Source: Vicugna vicugna
Lineage: Eukaryota
Length of the DNA: 64,000 nt
Assembly: GCA_013265495.1 (NCBI GenBank)
Contig: MU058687.1
Location: 5,268,093 to 5,332,092 of the forward strand
Direction of reading: 5' to 3'
Positions within the stretch are counted from its first letter, which is position 1. Every line of letters starts with the position of its first letter. Below are positions 38,172 through 50,233 of the stretch, in pieces. The notes beneath the pieces were generated by a model that did no database searches, was not told the DNA's origin, and was given only the letters and a program-made list of their open reading frames with translations. The position numbers and the translations under genes were made by a program.

Positions 38172-38386
38172 CAGTGGACCCTCAAACAACATGGATTTGA
38201 ACTGTGCTGGTCCGCTATGCAGACCTTTTCTATAAATACGTGCTATAGCACTACACAATCCAAGGCTGCCTTGAATCAGACGATGCAGAACCAGGGATAC
38301 AGAGAGCTGACTGTAAAGTTATATGCAATGTGTCAACCGCACAGAGGGTCGGCACCTCTAACTTCCGTGTTGTTCAGGATCAACTG
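38172..38386 (-). mobile_element. Tigger2/MER8-type MITE (Tc1-mariner)
   Basis: TIRs cagtggaccctcaaacaaca...tgttgttcaggatcaactg with TA target duplications. Confidence 0.85.
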
Positions 38387-38419
38387 TAATTTTCAACTGG
38401 AGCTATGAAGAAAGGAGAC

Positions 38420-38612
38420 ATGTAACTTTAGGCCAGATAATTCTTTGATGTGGAGGGCTGTCCTGGATACTAGAGGATGTTTAGCAGCATCCTTCACCTC
38501 TGTGCACTAGATGCCAGAAGCACTTCCCTAGTTGTGGGAAACAAAATGTCTCCAGGCTTATGAAACATCCCCTGGGAGGAGGGGCATGGCCACATCCAGG
38601 TGAGGACCACTG
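38420..38612 (-). mobile_element. MER20 (hAT-Charlie)
   Basis: ggccagataattctttg...ggatgtttagcagcatcc...cactagatgccag...aaaatgtctccag...gaggaccactg. Confidence 0.85.
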
Positions 38613-41600
38613 GTACAGGGGAATTGGAAGGAACCAAGAGGTGCAGCAAAGTTTTGTGGAAGTGGATCTTTGTACATACTGCTGTGGAGACTATAAAGCC
38701 ATTTTGCACTTTTTTATCAAAAGCCTTGATAAGTGCTCATAATTTTTAAGCTGTTAATTCCCCTTCTAGGGAATCTATTATAAAGAAATAATCCTAAAAG
38801 GATATTTTAAGTATCTCAACGTCTCATTTTCCTTGAGGAAACTAGTAAGTAAATTCTAGAATAGCCACCTTACAGAATAGTATGCAAATACTAGAAGATA
38901 TGTTTAAGAAGAGATTTATCTGATATTGGAGTCAAAAAATATGCAGGTTGCTAAGTCACAACTCTATAAGCAATACTAGTAAAACAAACAAAAAACAACA
39001 ACAAATCTAGAAATAAATACATCAAAAATGTTAATAGTTCTGTTTTTAGGTACAGGACAAATATGGTTATTTTATCCCTTTTATATTGCATGTTTTACTT
39101 CTTATTATATATAAATATAGTCAACTATTTTTCCTTATTTTTGTTAAGTCAGGGTCAAGTGAAATGCTTATTGGGTATTGTTGGTAATGTCTCTCTGCAA
39201 TGATGGACTGACCAATACAGAGCTTTCTTCAAACCTCTTATGGCACTGTTCTGAAAAAAAGATATTGGTTCTATTGTTGGCATCCTTCTTATTGGTGAAA
39301 AAGAGCAAATGATCAGTAGTTAGTTCTCCTTTTGCTCCAAGATTTGGCATTCAAGGCAAACCACTGATGAAATGCATTTGCATTTGAATTATGTCCACCC
39401 CAGAGCCAATCTCAGGTCTCTTCCAAAAGCTTTTTATGCGTGATGTGAGTTCTTGTTCAGTTTGTTCCAATCGTGAGAGGCTCTCTTCAGAAAAAATGAC
39501 TTCCAGTTTAGCTGAGTGAGGAGAAGGCCTGCCAGGAGAAAGCCATCACTTTATGAATATGAAATGTCCACAAAAGAGACAGCTTCAGTAACTCATTCCT
39601 CAGAGGAGAGATCGATGGTGTGAGGTTCCAGAAATTAGAGTGCAAAGGTGTAGCTTCTAATGCCCATAGCAAATGCTGTTTTATAAAACATGTAAATGTA
39701 TGCATTTGTTGCCATCAGATATTCTGTTTTCTAGCTGCTTATTTATGAATAACTTGGAATCAAGTGAAAAGATGTTTAAAAACATAGTATTAATGAGTAG
39801 GAGAAAAAATAACTTTTTTTCTCAATATTGAATTAAATGCAAGCAAAAATGTTTGAAAAGGACACACGTGCACACACACACATACATCACGTGTGATCTG
39901 CTTCAACAATTAACACTTGAAAACATAGTTTATTACTTTCTTTGTAGTCAGATGTCATTTACTCAATGCAGTAGCACTTTGAAAACTGATCTTTGCCTTA
40001 GCGCTGCTGAGTTTGCACATAACTGGACACATCAAAATATCCATGTTTTTCTTACATGTCATGGGAAAGTGACAACATCCTTTCTCTGTGGTTTTGGTCT
40101 ACACATCCTTCCCCAAACACCACCAGAGACTGTTGTTTCACTGATGGGAATGCAATGATATGCTTCGTGTATAACACGCTGTATTACGGATGCCACCCAA
40201 GAAGATCAGAAAGCCCACCGTGAGGGCAGAGGAAGTCATTTTCAACCGAAAATTGTAGCCACTGCCTGGATTCGTTTTCCCTCGGACGCAGTGTGCGGTG
40301 ACTCATTCTCTTCTCCTCCTGGTGAGGCTCTGTCGGACGTGCAGCTGGCTGAGCCGTAAGGACTGATGTGCAGACGCCTGATTATCCAACCTGAGCACAG
40401 TCGTGGTCTCAGTGCACGTTTCAATCCCCTTCCTGCCCAACATCTCAAGTTCATGTGACGGCCTCTCCTCTTTCACGTGTGCCTTCTTTTGAGCCCCATC
40501 CTTCTATCCAAAGACATGGAAGGAGGTGTGTTTCAGGGAACTCAGCACAGGAATGAAGGTCAGAGACTCGTTATTTTGGACGAGTCACCATGGGCATTAC
40601 ACACCCGCCGTTCATTGATCAAGCCTGTTATCCTCATTTTGCATATTTAGAAACTGTGGCACAGAGACACTCAAGTTCTCGTGGCTGTGACACATGGGAT
40701 AAGCTGGGATTTTAAGAAGAGTTTGTTGGGTCTCTGAAAAACTGACTTAACTTTCCTGTGTCTCAGAAAGAACATTTTGAAATAATCTAGAGTTTATAGC
40801 TTTTCTTTCCCTCCAAGTCACCATTCTTTTCAGGTCAATTGAGCAAAGCCTCTACTGCACTTGGTTTTGCATCCAAATGCTCTTCAGCTTTCTGAAAAAG
40901 TCTGACAGTGAGCCTCCAAGGATGTGGATACATAGCAGCGTTGCTGTTATGTATATTACATACTAAGGATGTGCCTCCCAGAGGGGGTTTCAAACACAAA
41001 GGAGCCAAAGATGTAGCTGAGTTTACACTGAACAAAGGCCTGTATCAGAAGATGAAAATACACAAACCTGAAAAAGTGACTGAAAACTCAGACACTGTAG
41101 ATTACCATGAGAGTATCTTTGACTCTGAGGCATGGTTCCTGAGACTTATTTGCAGAGAAGACTTTACCAAAATATGAAGAACAGGTATAATTGTAGCCTC
41201 CATTCTTGTCTCCTCTTTCTCTATTAGTATTTTCCAGTTTTCCTTCTTTCCAAATTATTGCAGACATGGGGTTTCAATGATGTATCACTTACGCAAACAT
41301 TTGCATTAAAATGCACCACGTGATAAGGCAATTTTGAAACAAAGCAATACATTTCAGCAGTGAGACTTTAGGCATCTAGATGGCATACTGGGGACAAGAA
41401 ATTCAACAGGACCCCACAAATTACTACCTACTCAGACAATGCAGGAGAACAGAGGTGATTAGACTTTTTAAGATCTCTTTCCCCCAAAATTTGTCCTTAA
41501 GAAAGTTTTGGGCACATAAAAATTAATCATCTGCTATATCTTTATCTCCAGCCTTCAAACTCCCCTAAGTTCCTGAATTACATGGTTAACTTCCCATTGC

Positions 41601-41947
41601 AAGTCTTCATCTCAATATGACATAGACACCTCGAATCCATGTGCACAACTGAATGAAATCTTTCTGCCCCTAAACCTGACTGCAATGTTTCTGCACCTAA
41701 ACCTGACCCTCTTTGTGTTTCTCATTTTCTGACCATGACACACAAGAGTCGTCAACTCTTCTCATGCCCCTGGAAAGTTCAAACAGATTTTTGAATTTCT
41801 ACTCCTAAAACATATCTTGTATACCACTGTACAAACTTCATTGTCAAGTGTCCGATTTAAGTCTTCAGCATCTCTTGCTTGGATTTCTAAAAAGCTTCCT
41901 GTGTGACGCACTGCCAAAGTTGCTCTCCACATCCCAAACTGAGAATA

Positions 41948-42183
41948 TAGTTGACCCTTAAACAACACAGGAGTCAAGGGTATAGACTGTAACAGCAGTC
42001 AAAAATCCGTGTACAAAATTTATAACTGGCCCTCCGTATACACGGTTCACTCCATGTCCACGGTTCTGCATCCACAGATTGAACTAAGGCAAATCATGTA
42101 GTGCTGTAATATTTACTATTGAAAGAAATTTCTATGTAAGTGGACCCATGCAGCTCAAACCTGTGTTGTTCAAGGGTCAAGTG
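41948..42183 (+). mobile_element. Tigger2/MER8-type MITE
   Basis: TIRs tagttgacccttaaacaacac...gtgttgttcaagggtcaagtg flanked by TA; opposite orientation to 38172-38386. Confidence 0.85.
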
Positions 42184-43139
42184 TACTTATAAAACTGAGC
42201 CAATCATGTCAATCTGCTTGAGAATACTTACTCTACAAGCCACATGAAAGTCCAGACTCCTTCTTGTGAGTCAAAGCTGTGCAAAGTATGGCCTCATTCA
42301 ATTCTTTTGTCTCAAATGGGCACGCACTTTACTGCTTCAGCCCACAAAACTCAAGGGTGAAAAACGCTAGGTTTTCTTTTTTTCCCCCCTATAATTGAAA
42401 AATGGCGGTCAGCAACTCCTTTTACGTTACTGCATAAAAAGCAGCACATTTTTTGGCCTCTGTGGTCGTGCTAGTATGTGTAGCTGAAGTCCTCACCCTG
42501 TCTGTTCCCCGGCCTAGACGACACCCAGTGCTTGCTTGGCTGGTGGCAACCGGTCCATCTGGCATTTCTCCATTAACTCCCATGCAGCTTTCTGCCATCT
42601 AAATCCCAGCAACGATGCAGCTACATCCTCATTCACTCCACGTAGATGATCCAGGCCCTCACTTTGCACTGTAATCTTTTGATCGGCATTTTAGCTTTCC
42701 CTCCCATCTAACGCCTAGGTTTTCTTCATGGCTTCAGAAGACATGAAATATTCTCGAAGTCATCTGGGGACCATAGAATATTGAGAAAGAGATATCTCAG
42801 GTAAATATCCATGCCATCAAGTTTTCTACCCTTCATACGTGGGGTTCATCGGTCGACCTACTGCACTCAGAAACTTTCAGACAGGGAGCAGTTTGCCAAC
42901 CTTCCCAGATCTAGAATCTCAATTTTACAGGCAAGTTTATTTCAGGGAAAGGGATAGAGGACAAGACTCCCTCATGGTTTATCATCTCTCCAAACTCTCT
43001 TTCCTTTTCAGAACAGAGTTCTCTCATTTCATTGAATTACAATGTGAAAAAGGCAGAGAAGATAAATCTCTGTTTTCTCTTCTTACCAATCTATTGGGTG
43101 TGTGCCACACTGAGGAGCTCGAAGGGACTATCTGGCATC

Positions 43140-43520
43140 CTTTATTTAAGATCTCTACATTGAACACTGAGAAAACAGAAAAAACACAAGACATTACTGA
43201 AGGAAATGAAATAAGATTTACATAAATGAAAGGACATACCGTGTTCTTGGACTGGAAAATATCTAGGGTGTAATTCTTTCAGCTGTTCTCTCCAGGGTTG
43301 TTCGTCTATTCCTGGCCATTTGATTTTCATATAAATGTTATAATTTGCTGATTCATTTGTAAAAAGGAATCCTGCTATTTTTTTTACTGAAATTGCATTA
43401 ATTTATATATCAGTTTAGGGAAAGTTGACATATTCATAACATTGACTCTTCCATAATGCTTAATGAAAGAAGCCAGACACAAGAGTACATAACATATGAC
43501 CCATTTATATAAAGTTTTAG
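43140..43520. mobile_element. Ancient L1 fragments in +/-/+ orientation
   Basis: + strand ORF2 (to cttggactggaaa), then the next ORF2 segment on the - strand (about 43280-43453), then + strand 3' UTR (aatgaaagaagccagacacaagagtac). Confidence 0.55.
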
Positions 43521-43699
43521 GAAAGCATGATTGTTCATCCACCATTTCCTAAGCACATCAAGCTCTTTCAAGCTTCTAGGCTTTGCACATGCTATCGCAC
43601 TCTCCAGTCTGATGAAAATCTACTCATCTTTCAAGGCTCATGATAAATGCCACTTCCTTTGTGGAGTAAAGAAGCAGACAGCTATGAAAACCTCTGAGG

Positions 43700-44220
43700 T
43701 TAACTGGTGGCATCAGTGGCCCCAAACCTTCCTGGATTCCTGGGGGCTCGTCCCTTGCCATGTAACCTTGTAGGGTGCTTCCATTCCGGTTCTGGATCTG
43801 GTCATGAGATTTGCCTAAGCCAGTTAGCTGTTAGCAGACCTGAACTGAAGAGTAGCTTGAAAAGCACCTGCATAATTGGCTTTCTCCCCTCTTGACCTCT
43901 GTAACTGCCACAAGAACGTGTCTGGCTCCCCTGCTGAAAGAGGAAAGCCACAAGTCTCAGAGCCAAGTAGCCTGGCTGTCTCAGAGATGAGGCCTGTCTA
44001 GAGCAGCCACCTTCTAGCAGACATTCAGGCTCACGGGCACGAGCCCAGCCAAGATCAGCAGAGCCACCTAGAAGCCCTGCTGCTGACTGCAGTCGAAAGA
44101 GCCAGCCTCGCCACATGTGTCACTTTACCCCAGATCAGCAGGACCCTGCAGACTCATGAGCTAAATGACGGCTTTTTACTGTAGACTAATGAACTTTTTT
44201 GACAGTAGATTATTAATATA
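43700..44220 (+). mobile_element. MLT1G/H-type MaLR solo LTR
   Basis: ccttgccatgtaacctt...gcttgaaaagcacctgc...gagcccagccaagatcagcagagcc...gcagactcatgagctaaat. Confidence 0.8.
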
Positions 44221-44324
44221 ACTTAGAATTCTTTCTGTCTAGCCAGTATTAAAATACCATCAATATTAAGTTTGTTTTCTTGGGTCTTCAGGCCTTGTTC
44301 CTTTAAAATGCAGATGCCTATTGG

Positions 44325-44820
44325 TTGCATCATACAGGGTCTCAGAAGAAAATATGGCACAGTAAAATTAGATAATTTCACACTGGCTTAGTAAAGAGAT
44401 TAGTTATAAAGAGGTAGGCAGAGTATTTTAAAAAAACAGAAGAGATAATGCCGTACCCCAAGATAATTACTACCCTTTGACTCAAAGGGTCTAGGGGAGT
44501 GGGAGCAGATATCAGATCCTAGAACATAAGAGCTATGTGAAAAGGGGCACCTTGCCAGGAGCTGTGACGTTCACTGAAAGGAGGCAGCAAGACTGAGGCA
44601 CTCTACAGAGGGGTATCCAGGTGATTCAATATCTTGGCTTCATTTTTCTCCTTTCATCAGACTTTCGCCAGGGACTGCCATTGCTCAAACCAAAAATAAA
44701 GCCAGGGAGCTAGAGCGCTCTTTGACAGAATCCATATATGTCATTGTCTGGGGCGGAGTGAATGGTAAAGAGTAGTTAACAGAGAATGTAAAGGGGCAAA
44801 CAGGAAATACTCAGCAAAAA
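44325..44820 (-). mobile_element. LTR41-like ERVL solo LTR
   Basis: cagggtctcagaagaaaatatggcaca...caggagctgtgacgttc...aaggggcaaacaggaaatactcagca. Confidence 0.7.
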
Positions 44821-45877
44821 AGATCATGTATTGCAGTATATATGGCTATATGTATGGACCCATCAATCCCTTCTTGGGAGCATATTTTCATACTAGGGGA
44901 ATATTGCCAGAATTAGGCACCTTAAAATAGGGAACATAGAGTGGCAGAAAGTAGAGGCAAAGGAGAATATGTTTAAACTTTTCCTGTATCCCAGTTGAGA
45001 ATGGCCCTTCCGACATTACGCCACCCATTCAGTGAGTAGCGAATAAGTAATTGCTAAATTTACTTTATCGAAACTAACGCAGAAAATCTAATACACGTAT
45101 ATATTCTTGGTCTCCTGGTGCCAGCAGTACAGGGAGTCTTCCCATAAGTCTATTTTATTTGCCAGTGAAAATGGTATTAAGGATACAATAAAATATTATC
45201 CTGTGTAGTATTGTTATTCCATAGTGTAATTTTCCTATTTTCCTACCTACTTTGAGGCAAGAATTATAAGAAGATTAATAGCTCTTTCTTGATACATAGT
45301 TCTGTTTATCAAAGAGGGGTGTTTGAATGGCACAGCCAAGTTCTGTAGGAGGCAACAAGCAAGCAAGGGAGAAGAAAGCCTTCATTTGCAGACCTTCTGG
45401 TCGACAATAATGATTCTGAGCTTGATCTCAGCAAAGATTAACAGACGCAAACTGAATTGCTTTTGGAATATATTCTTGTTTTGCTTTTAGCCCTCAGTTT
45501 AATATGAAAAGATAATTGAGGTAAGTCAGTTGGGCAGAAAAGATCACGAAAGTATATAGGGTGCTAATCTTAGACAAAGACCTGGGTTTCAATCCTGCTA
45601 TGCTGTTTTATCCTAGGCTAGTACTGACAAAATGAAGACAATCCTGCCTCCACCGTAAGGCTGCTGTCAGTGCTAGGCGAGCCACAGCCTCATCCATGGA
45701 GGTACCTTTTCTATCCTTCTTTGCCACATAGCCAGAACAGTCTAGGCTCAGTAGCAGAAACCAAAAGGATGTAATAGAAACTAGGCACAAACCATCAAAC
45801 TAAGTGCTTTCCATGAACAGGTTGGCCCTGTCTTGTCTCAGATGCCAGCACAGGACTGTATTAATCACCAGTTAGCC

Positions 45878-46243
45878 TGTCTGAGTCCGACTGGGCTTCT
45901 ATGAAATAAGCCATAGATTGGGTGGTTTGTAAACAACACACATTCATTTCCCACAGGGCTGGAGTCAAGGAAGTCCAAGGTCCAGGTGCCTGCAGACGTG
46001 GTACCTGGAGGGCCCACTGACTGACTCCTGGCTCAAGGATGACTGCCTTCTCACCAATATTCACGTGGTGGAAAGGGTGAGGGATCTGTCTGGGATCTCT
46101 TATAAGGCCACTAATCCCTTTCATGAGGGCTCCACCCTCACAACTCAGTCACCCCTAAAGTTTCCACCTTCAAATCCCACCACACTGGGGATTAAGATTC
46201 AACATGTGAATCTGGGAGGAACACAAGCATTCAGTTTCTAGCC
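45878..46243 (-). mobile_element. MLT1A-type MaLR solo LTR
   Basis: ccatagattgggtggtttgtaaacaac...cactaatccctttcatgagggctccaccctca...acacaagcattcag. Confidence 0.9.
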
Positions 46244-46622
46244 GTATGGATACAGGTACCCCTGAGATAAGCACAGTGTTGCAACAGATCAACTGAGGTT
46301 AAGTCTGTACCTACACCATCCAGTCTCTGAACGTTGACTAAGTTTTCTTAATTAAATTTTTCTCATCATCATTCTTCTTCCTGCATCCTCGACAGTGTCT
46401 GTAAGCAAACGTGGTAAACCCATAATAATTGAATACCTATTATGTAAATGCTGTTGAATGACATGTTCAATGAGAAATTTGGCTGGCAGTTGGGTTCATT
46501 TCTTCCCACAACCTACTTTGAGTCACCTTTGGTTTGCCGTCACATTCTTTCAGAGTGATCATTTATTTGGCAGTGATAACTATGACTACTGAAAGGTGGA
46601 AGTTAGGAAGCTTGTCCATAAA

Positions 46623-46857
46623 AAATAAGCAGACTCACAGACATAGAGGATGAACTAGCGGTTACCAGTGGTGACGGAGGGACAATAGAGGGATGCGTCA
46701 GTGGGAGGTACTATTGGGCATAAGATGCTGTACAATGTATTGTGCAACATGGGGAATATAGACAACATTTTGTAAAAACTATAAATGGAGTGTAACCTTT
46801 AAAAGTTGCATAAAATATTTTTTAATTAAAAAAAGCTGCATCTATCCCCTTAAAAAA
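46623..46857 (+). mobile_element. Short L1 3' end with 17 extra bp between two A-tracts
   Basis: cagactcacagacatagaggatgaactagcggttaccagt...; 16-bp TSD gaagcttgtccataaa at 46607-46622 and 46858-46873. Confidence 0.85.
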
Positions 46858-48418
46858 GAAGCTTGTCCATAAATTCTTCACCCTCATTTGAAGTGTGTAT
46901 GAAATTATTGTCAGGAAAGATGCTAAGTGGCAGGCAGAGTGTTGCCTATCAAAGCAAAGGCCTATGATTCTTGCTCCAGAGCTCTAAGGTGGGCTTTTGA
47001 ATACACTGAGCCATTTTGAGGAAAAGTCTAGTATAATTAAGTTATCCCTCTGACATGATTCTGCAGAATCAACTGAGTTCCTAACAATGGTGTGTGTGAG
47101 TGCATGTGTGGATGTACATGGGGTGTACTTGTGTGTATGTGTGTTTGTGTATCGACCCTTTCCAGTAGAAAGAGAAGTTCTTATCCTGGCCTTTCCCACA
47201 CACAGTTATAGACTCTTTTTGATGTAAGAGAGAACTCTAGAAATTAATTTGAACAAATGTTTCCCCCAAGGAAAGACATCATGCAAATCTGTGGCTTCTC
47301 ACAGTTACCCCACCGTAAGGAGGTAATGCAGAGGCCGGGAGATGGCTGTCCATTTCAGTGATTTCCGTGTAAGTTATTATGGCTCTTTACACTTTATGTC
47401 AGATCTCTGTTCACTGTAACTTTTCATCAGTTGTAAAGCACATCATTGATAAAATTGGAAGTTTTGTACGGGGAGAGGTAGATAACTTCTCTTATTTTTA
47501 TTAATCATAAATTTTTAAAGTGCACCCTGTTTCACAAAACGTAGACATGTGGGGAAACAATGGGTTCTAATTTTGTGTTAATATCTTATTTTTCAACAGC
47601 AGGTTGCATGGTCATTGAGAATTAAGTCCCTGGGACTTTGATATCTTGTAGTGCTTTGCATCAACACACATCTCCACTATTCCAAGAGATGAGTCGGTAG
47701 TAAGAAAAAAATGGTTTACGCTCATTGTGAAGTACTAGAACAGACTCAGAACTCAGAAACTGCTTTTCATTCCTGACCGTGCCCAAATACTTTCGAGTCA
47801 TGAGTCAATGCTACCAAATTTTCTATTAGGTGATGAAGAGATCGAACAGTGATGGCTTTTGTGGACGTACGGCATAGCAGAAATTGAGTAGCCCCAGGAA
47901 GGCTTGAAGCAATTGCTTTGTTTTTTGAAATGGGTGCCTCATGGAATGCACATATTTTATCCTGAACGTGATAAATACCAGCAGCACTCATGCAGTAACC
48001 TAAGAAAACGATGGCAAAAGTTTCTGAGTTCATCTGTTTTTTTTCCCCCTTTGCTTCACCTGGATGCTTGAAGTGTTGAATCAGCGCAGGAATTCTTGAA
48101 GTTTTTCTACAAGTTCATGAGGTTGATCTTAGAGCCTAATTAAAATACAGTATCACACCTGAAAACCTAGGAATCAGAATTTTCATTAAGTCCTGGAGAA
48201 CTTCAGGGGCATCAGAAACATTGATCTGAAATGGTTTAAATCTGTGTTCTCCTTCATGGGTGACATTTGTTTGCCTGTCGGTAGCAGTATCCACACTGAT
48301 AATCGATAGGCTTGGGTAGCTTGGGCAAAATGAACTTCTGGTAAGATTTTTCTATCCACTCGGATTAGCAAGGAGCTAGAGGAGGTGAGTGTGGAATACA
48401 GGCTCTAGCTGGAGCACA

Positions 48419-48803
48419 TGTCTTGGGCAGCACGGGCTGCCATCACATAGTACCATAGACTGGATGGTTTAAATAACAGGCATTTATTTTTCCACAGTTC
48501 TGGAAGCAAAAAGTTCAAGATCCAGTTGCCAGCATGGATGGGTTCTGATGAGAGCCCTCTTCCTGCCTTGCAGACCTTCTAGCATGTTCTTACATGGCAG
48601 AGAGAGAGAAAGAGAGAGAGCAAGCTCTGATCTTCTCCTCTTCTTGCAAGGACATTAATACCATCGTGGGGGTCCCTCCCTCTGAGCTCATCTAAACCAG
48701 GTTACCTCCCAAAGGCCTCACCTCCAAATATCATCACTATGGGGGTTAGGGCTTCAACCTGTGGATTTGCGGATGGGGGGACACAAACATTCAGTCCATA
48801 GCA
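48419..48803 (-). mobile_element. MLT1A-type MaLR solo LTR, complete
   Basis: TG...CA termini, near-perfect 5-bp TSD gcaca/gcact, and the typical ggggacacaaacattcagtccatagca end. Confidence 0.92.
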
Positions 48804-49074
48804 GCACTTAATCTGAAGTGACACCTGAACTGAAGTTTAAAGGAGAGATAAGTAAAGTAAGGGGAGCAGAAAGAAAAGGATATTCTAGGTAAATGGGTGC
48901 AATGAGGAACAGCATGGCATGAGGGTGTGTGTCAGTGGCCAGAGGAAGCGGAGGAAGAGAAGAGATGTGTATCAGAACTTCCTGCGGTGCTTGCTCATAC
49001 ATCCATGCCCCACCCTCTGCAGTTTTATCTCAGTAAGGGGCACGGACCAACTCGTGTGTGAGCTGGCACAGCTC

Positions 49075-49616
49075 TTCTAGAGGAAATTTGCTGTTTCTTC
49101 CTGCCAAGCATCTATTCTTCCTTCTTTGGGTAATAGCACTGTGACGTTCCTTTGAGAAACCACCATTCCTCCACTCTGGGTTTATGCCGTTAGAACTGCC
49201 GCATCTCATGAACCAGGCCTGCCCTCGCAGGCATCACTTTTCCTGGTATGTGCCCTAAACCAGGCCAAGGAAAACCAATCCGAGGATTTGGGCTGGAACT
49301 ATTAGAAAAGGGGGGACTTGCTTTAGCTGATACGACTTCACTGGAGGATTATAAGGCTGAGCGCTGCTGTTGCCTGTCTTTGTACTACAGAGGGAAAGCT
49401 TGCCTACGAATTAAAAACACACACACAGAAGGAAAGACTACCTAGAGATTTGATGTAACATATTTCTCACAAGATCTTTGAGGATTTGGATCCACTATGA
49501 CAACCAGCCCTCCCAGACTCCTTAGTTTTGTGAACAAATGAATCCCCTCTTTTTCCTTAAGAGAAGTTGAACTGAGTTTTCTGTCACTTGGAGCCTGGAG
49601 AAACCCATGCAATACA
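49075..49616 (+). mobile_element. MLT1J/K-type MaLR LTR
   Basis: ttcctttgagaaaccacc...ttagttttgtgaacaaatgaatcccctc...gagttttctgtcacttg. Confidence 0.7.
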
Positions 49617-49808
49617 GTTCCCTAGAGAATTCAGATACATGCTCCCCCACGTGAACACCGGTGTCCCAAAGAGCTCCTAGGAAGTCACTGAGCTAGGGAT
49701 CAAGGGACCTGGATTCCGGGCCTGACTCTGCTGTTCCCCAGATATAAGATGTTCGGCAAGTCAGTTGACTTTCAGACACCTCAATCTCCCCATCTAAAAG
49801 AATGAGAC

Positions 49809-50233
49809 GAATTCTAAGTGAAGTGAGCCAGAAAGAGAAAGAAAAATACCATATGATATAACTTACATGTGGAATCTAAAAAAAAAAGACAGATGAATTT
49901 ACTTACCAAACAGGAACAGACTCACAGACATAGACATGGTTATCAGGCTAGGGGAGGAAGCTGGGATGGAATAAATTGGAAGTTTGAGATTCGCAGATAC
50001 TAACTACCATATATGAAATAGATAACAAGTTTATACTGTAGAGCACAGGGAACTATATTCAATATCCTGTATTAACCTATAACGAAAAAGAAGATGAAAA
50101 CGAATATATGTGTGTACACGTATGCCTGGACTATTATGCTGTGCACCAGAAACTGACACAATATTGTAAACTGACTGTACTTCAGTAACATTTTTTTAAA
50201 GGGAAAAGGAAAAAATAAATAAACAAATACAAA
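49809..50233 (+). mobile_element. 5'-truncated L1 inserted in a MIR
   Basis: attctaagtgaagtgagccagaaagagaaagaaaaatacc, 3' UTR and A-tail. TSD taaaagaatgagac at 49795-49808 and 50234-50247. MIR core on both sides (about 49690-49808 and 50248-50360). Confidence 0.92.

Noticed and set aside
42839..43225. 128-aa ORF
   Set aside because: Non-ATG start, no homology recognised, and it runs into a degraded L1 fragment.
47767..48033. 88-aa ATG ORF or possible exon in unique sequence
   Set aside because: No recognisable protein, and the acceptor-like site near 47830 leads to early stops in the frames checked.
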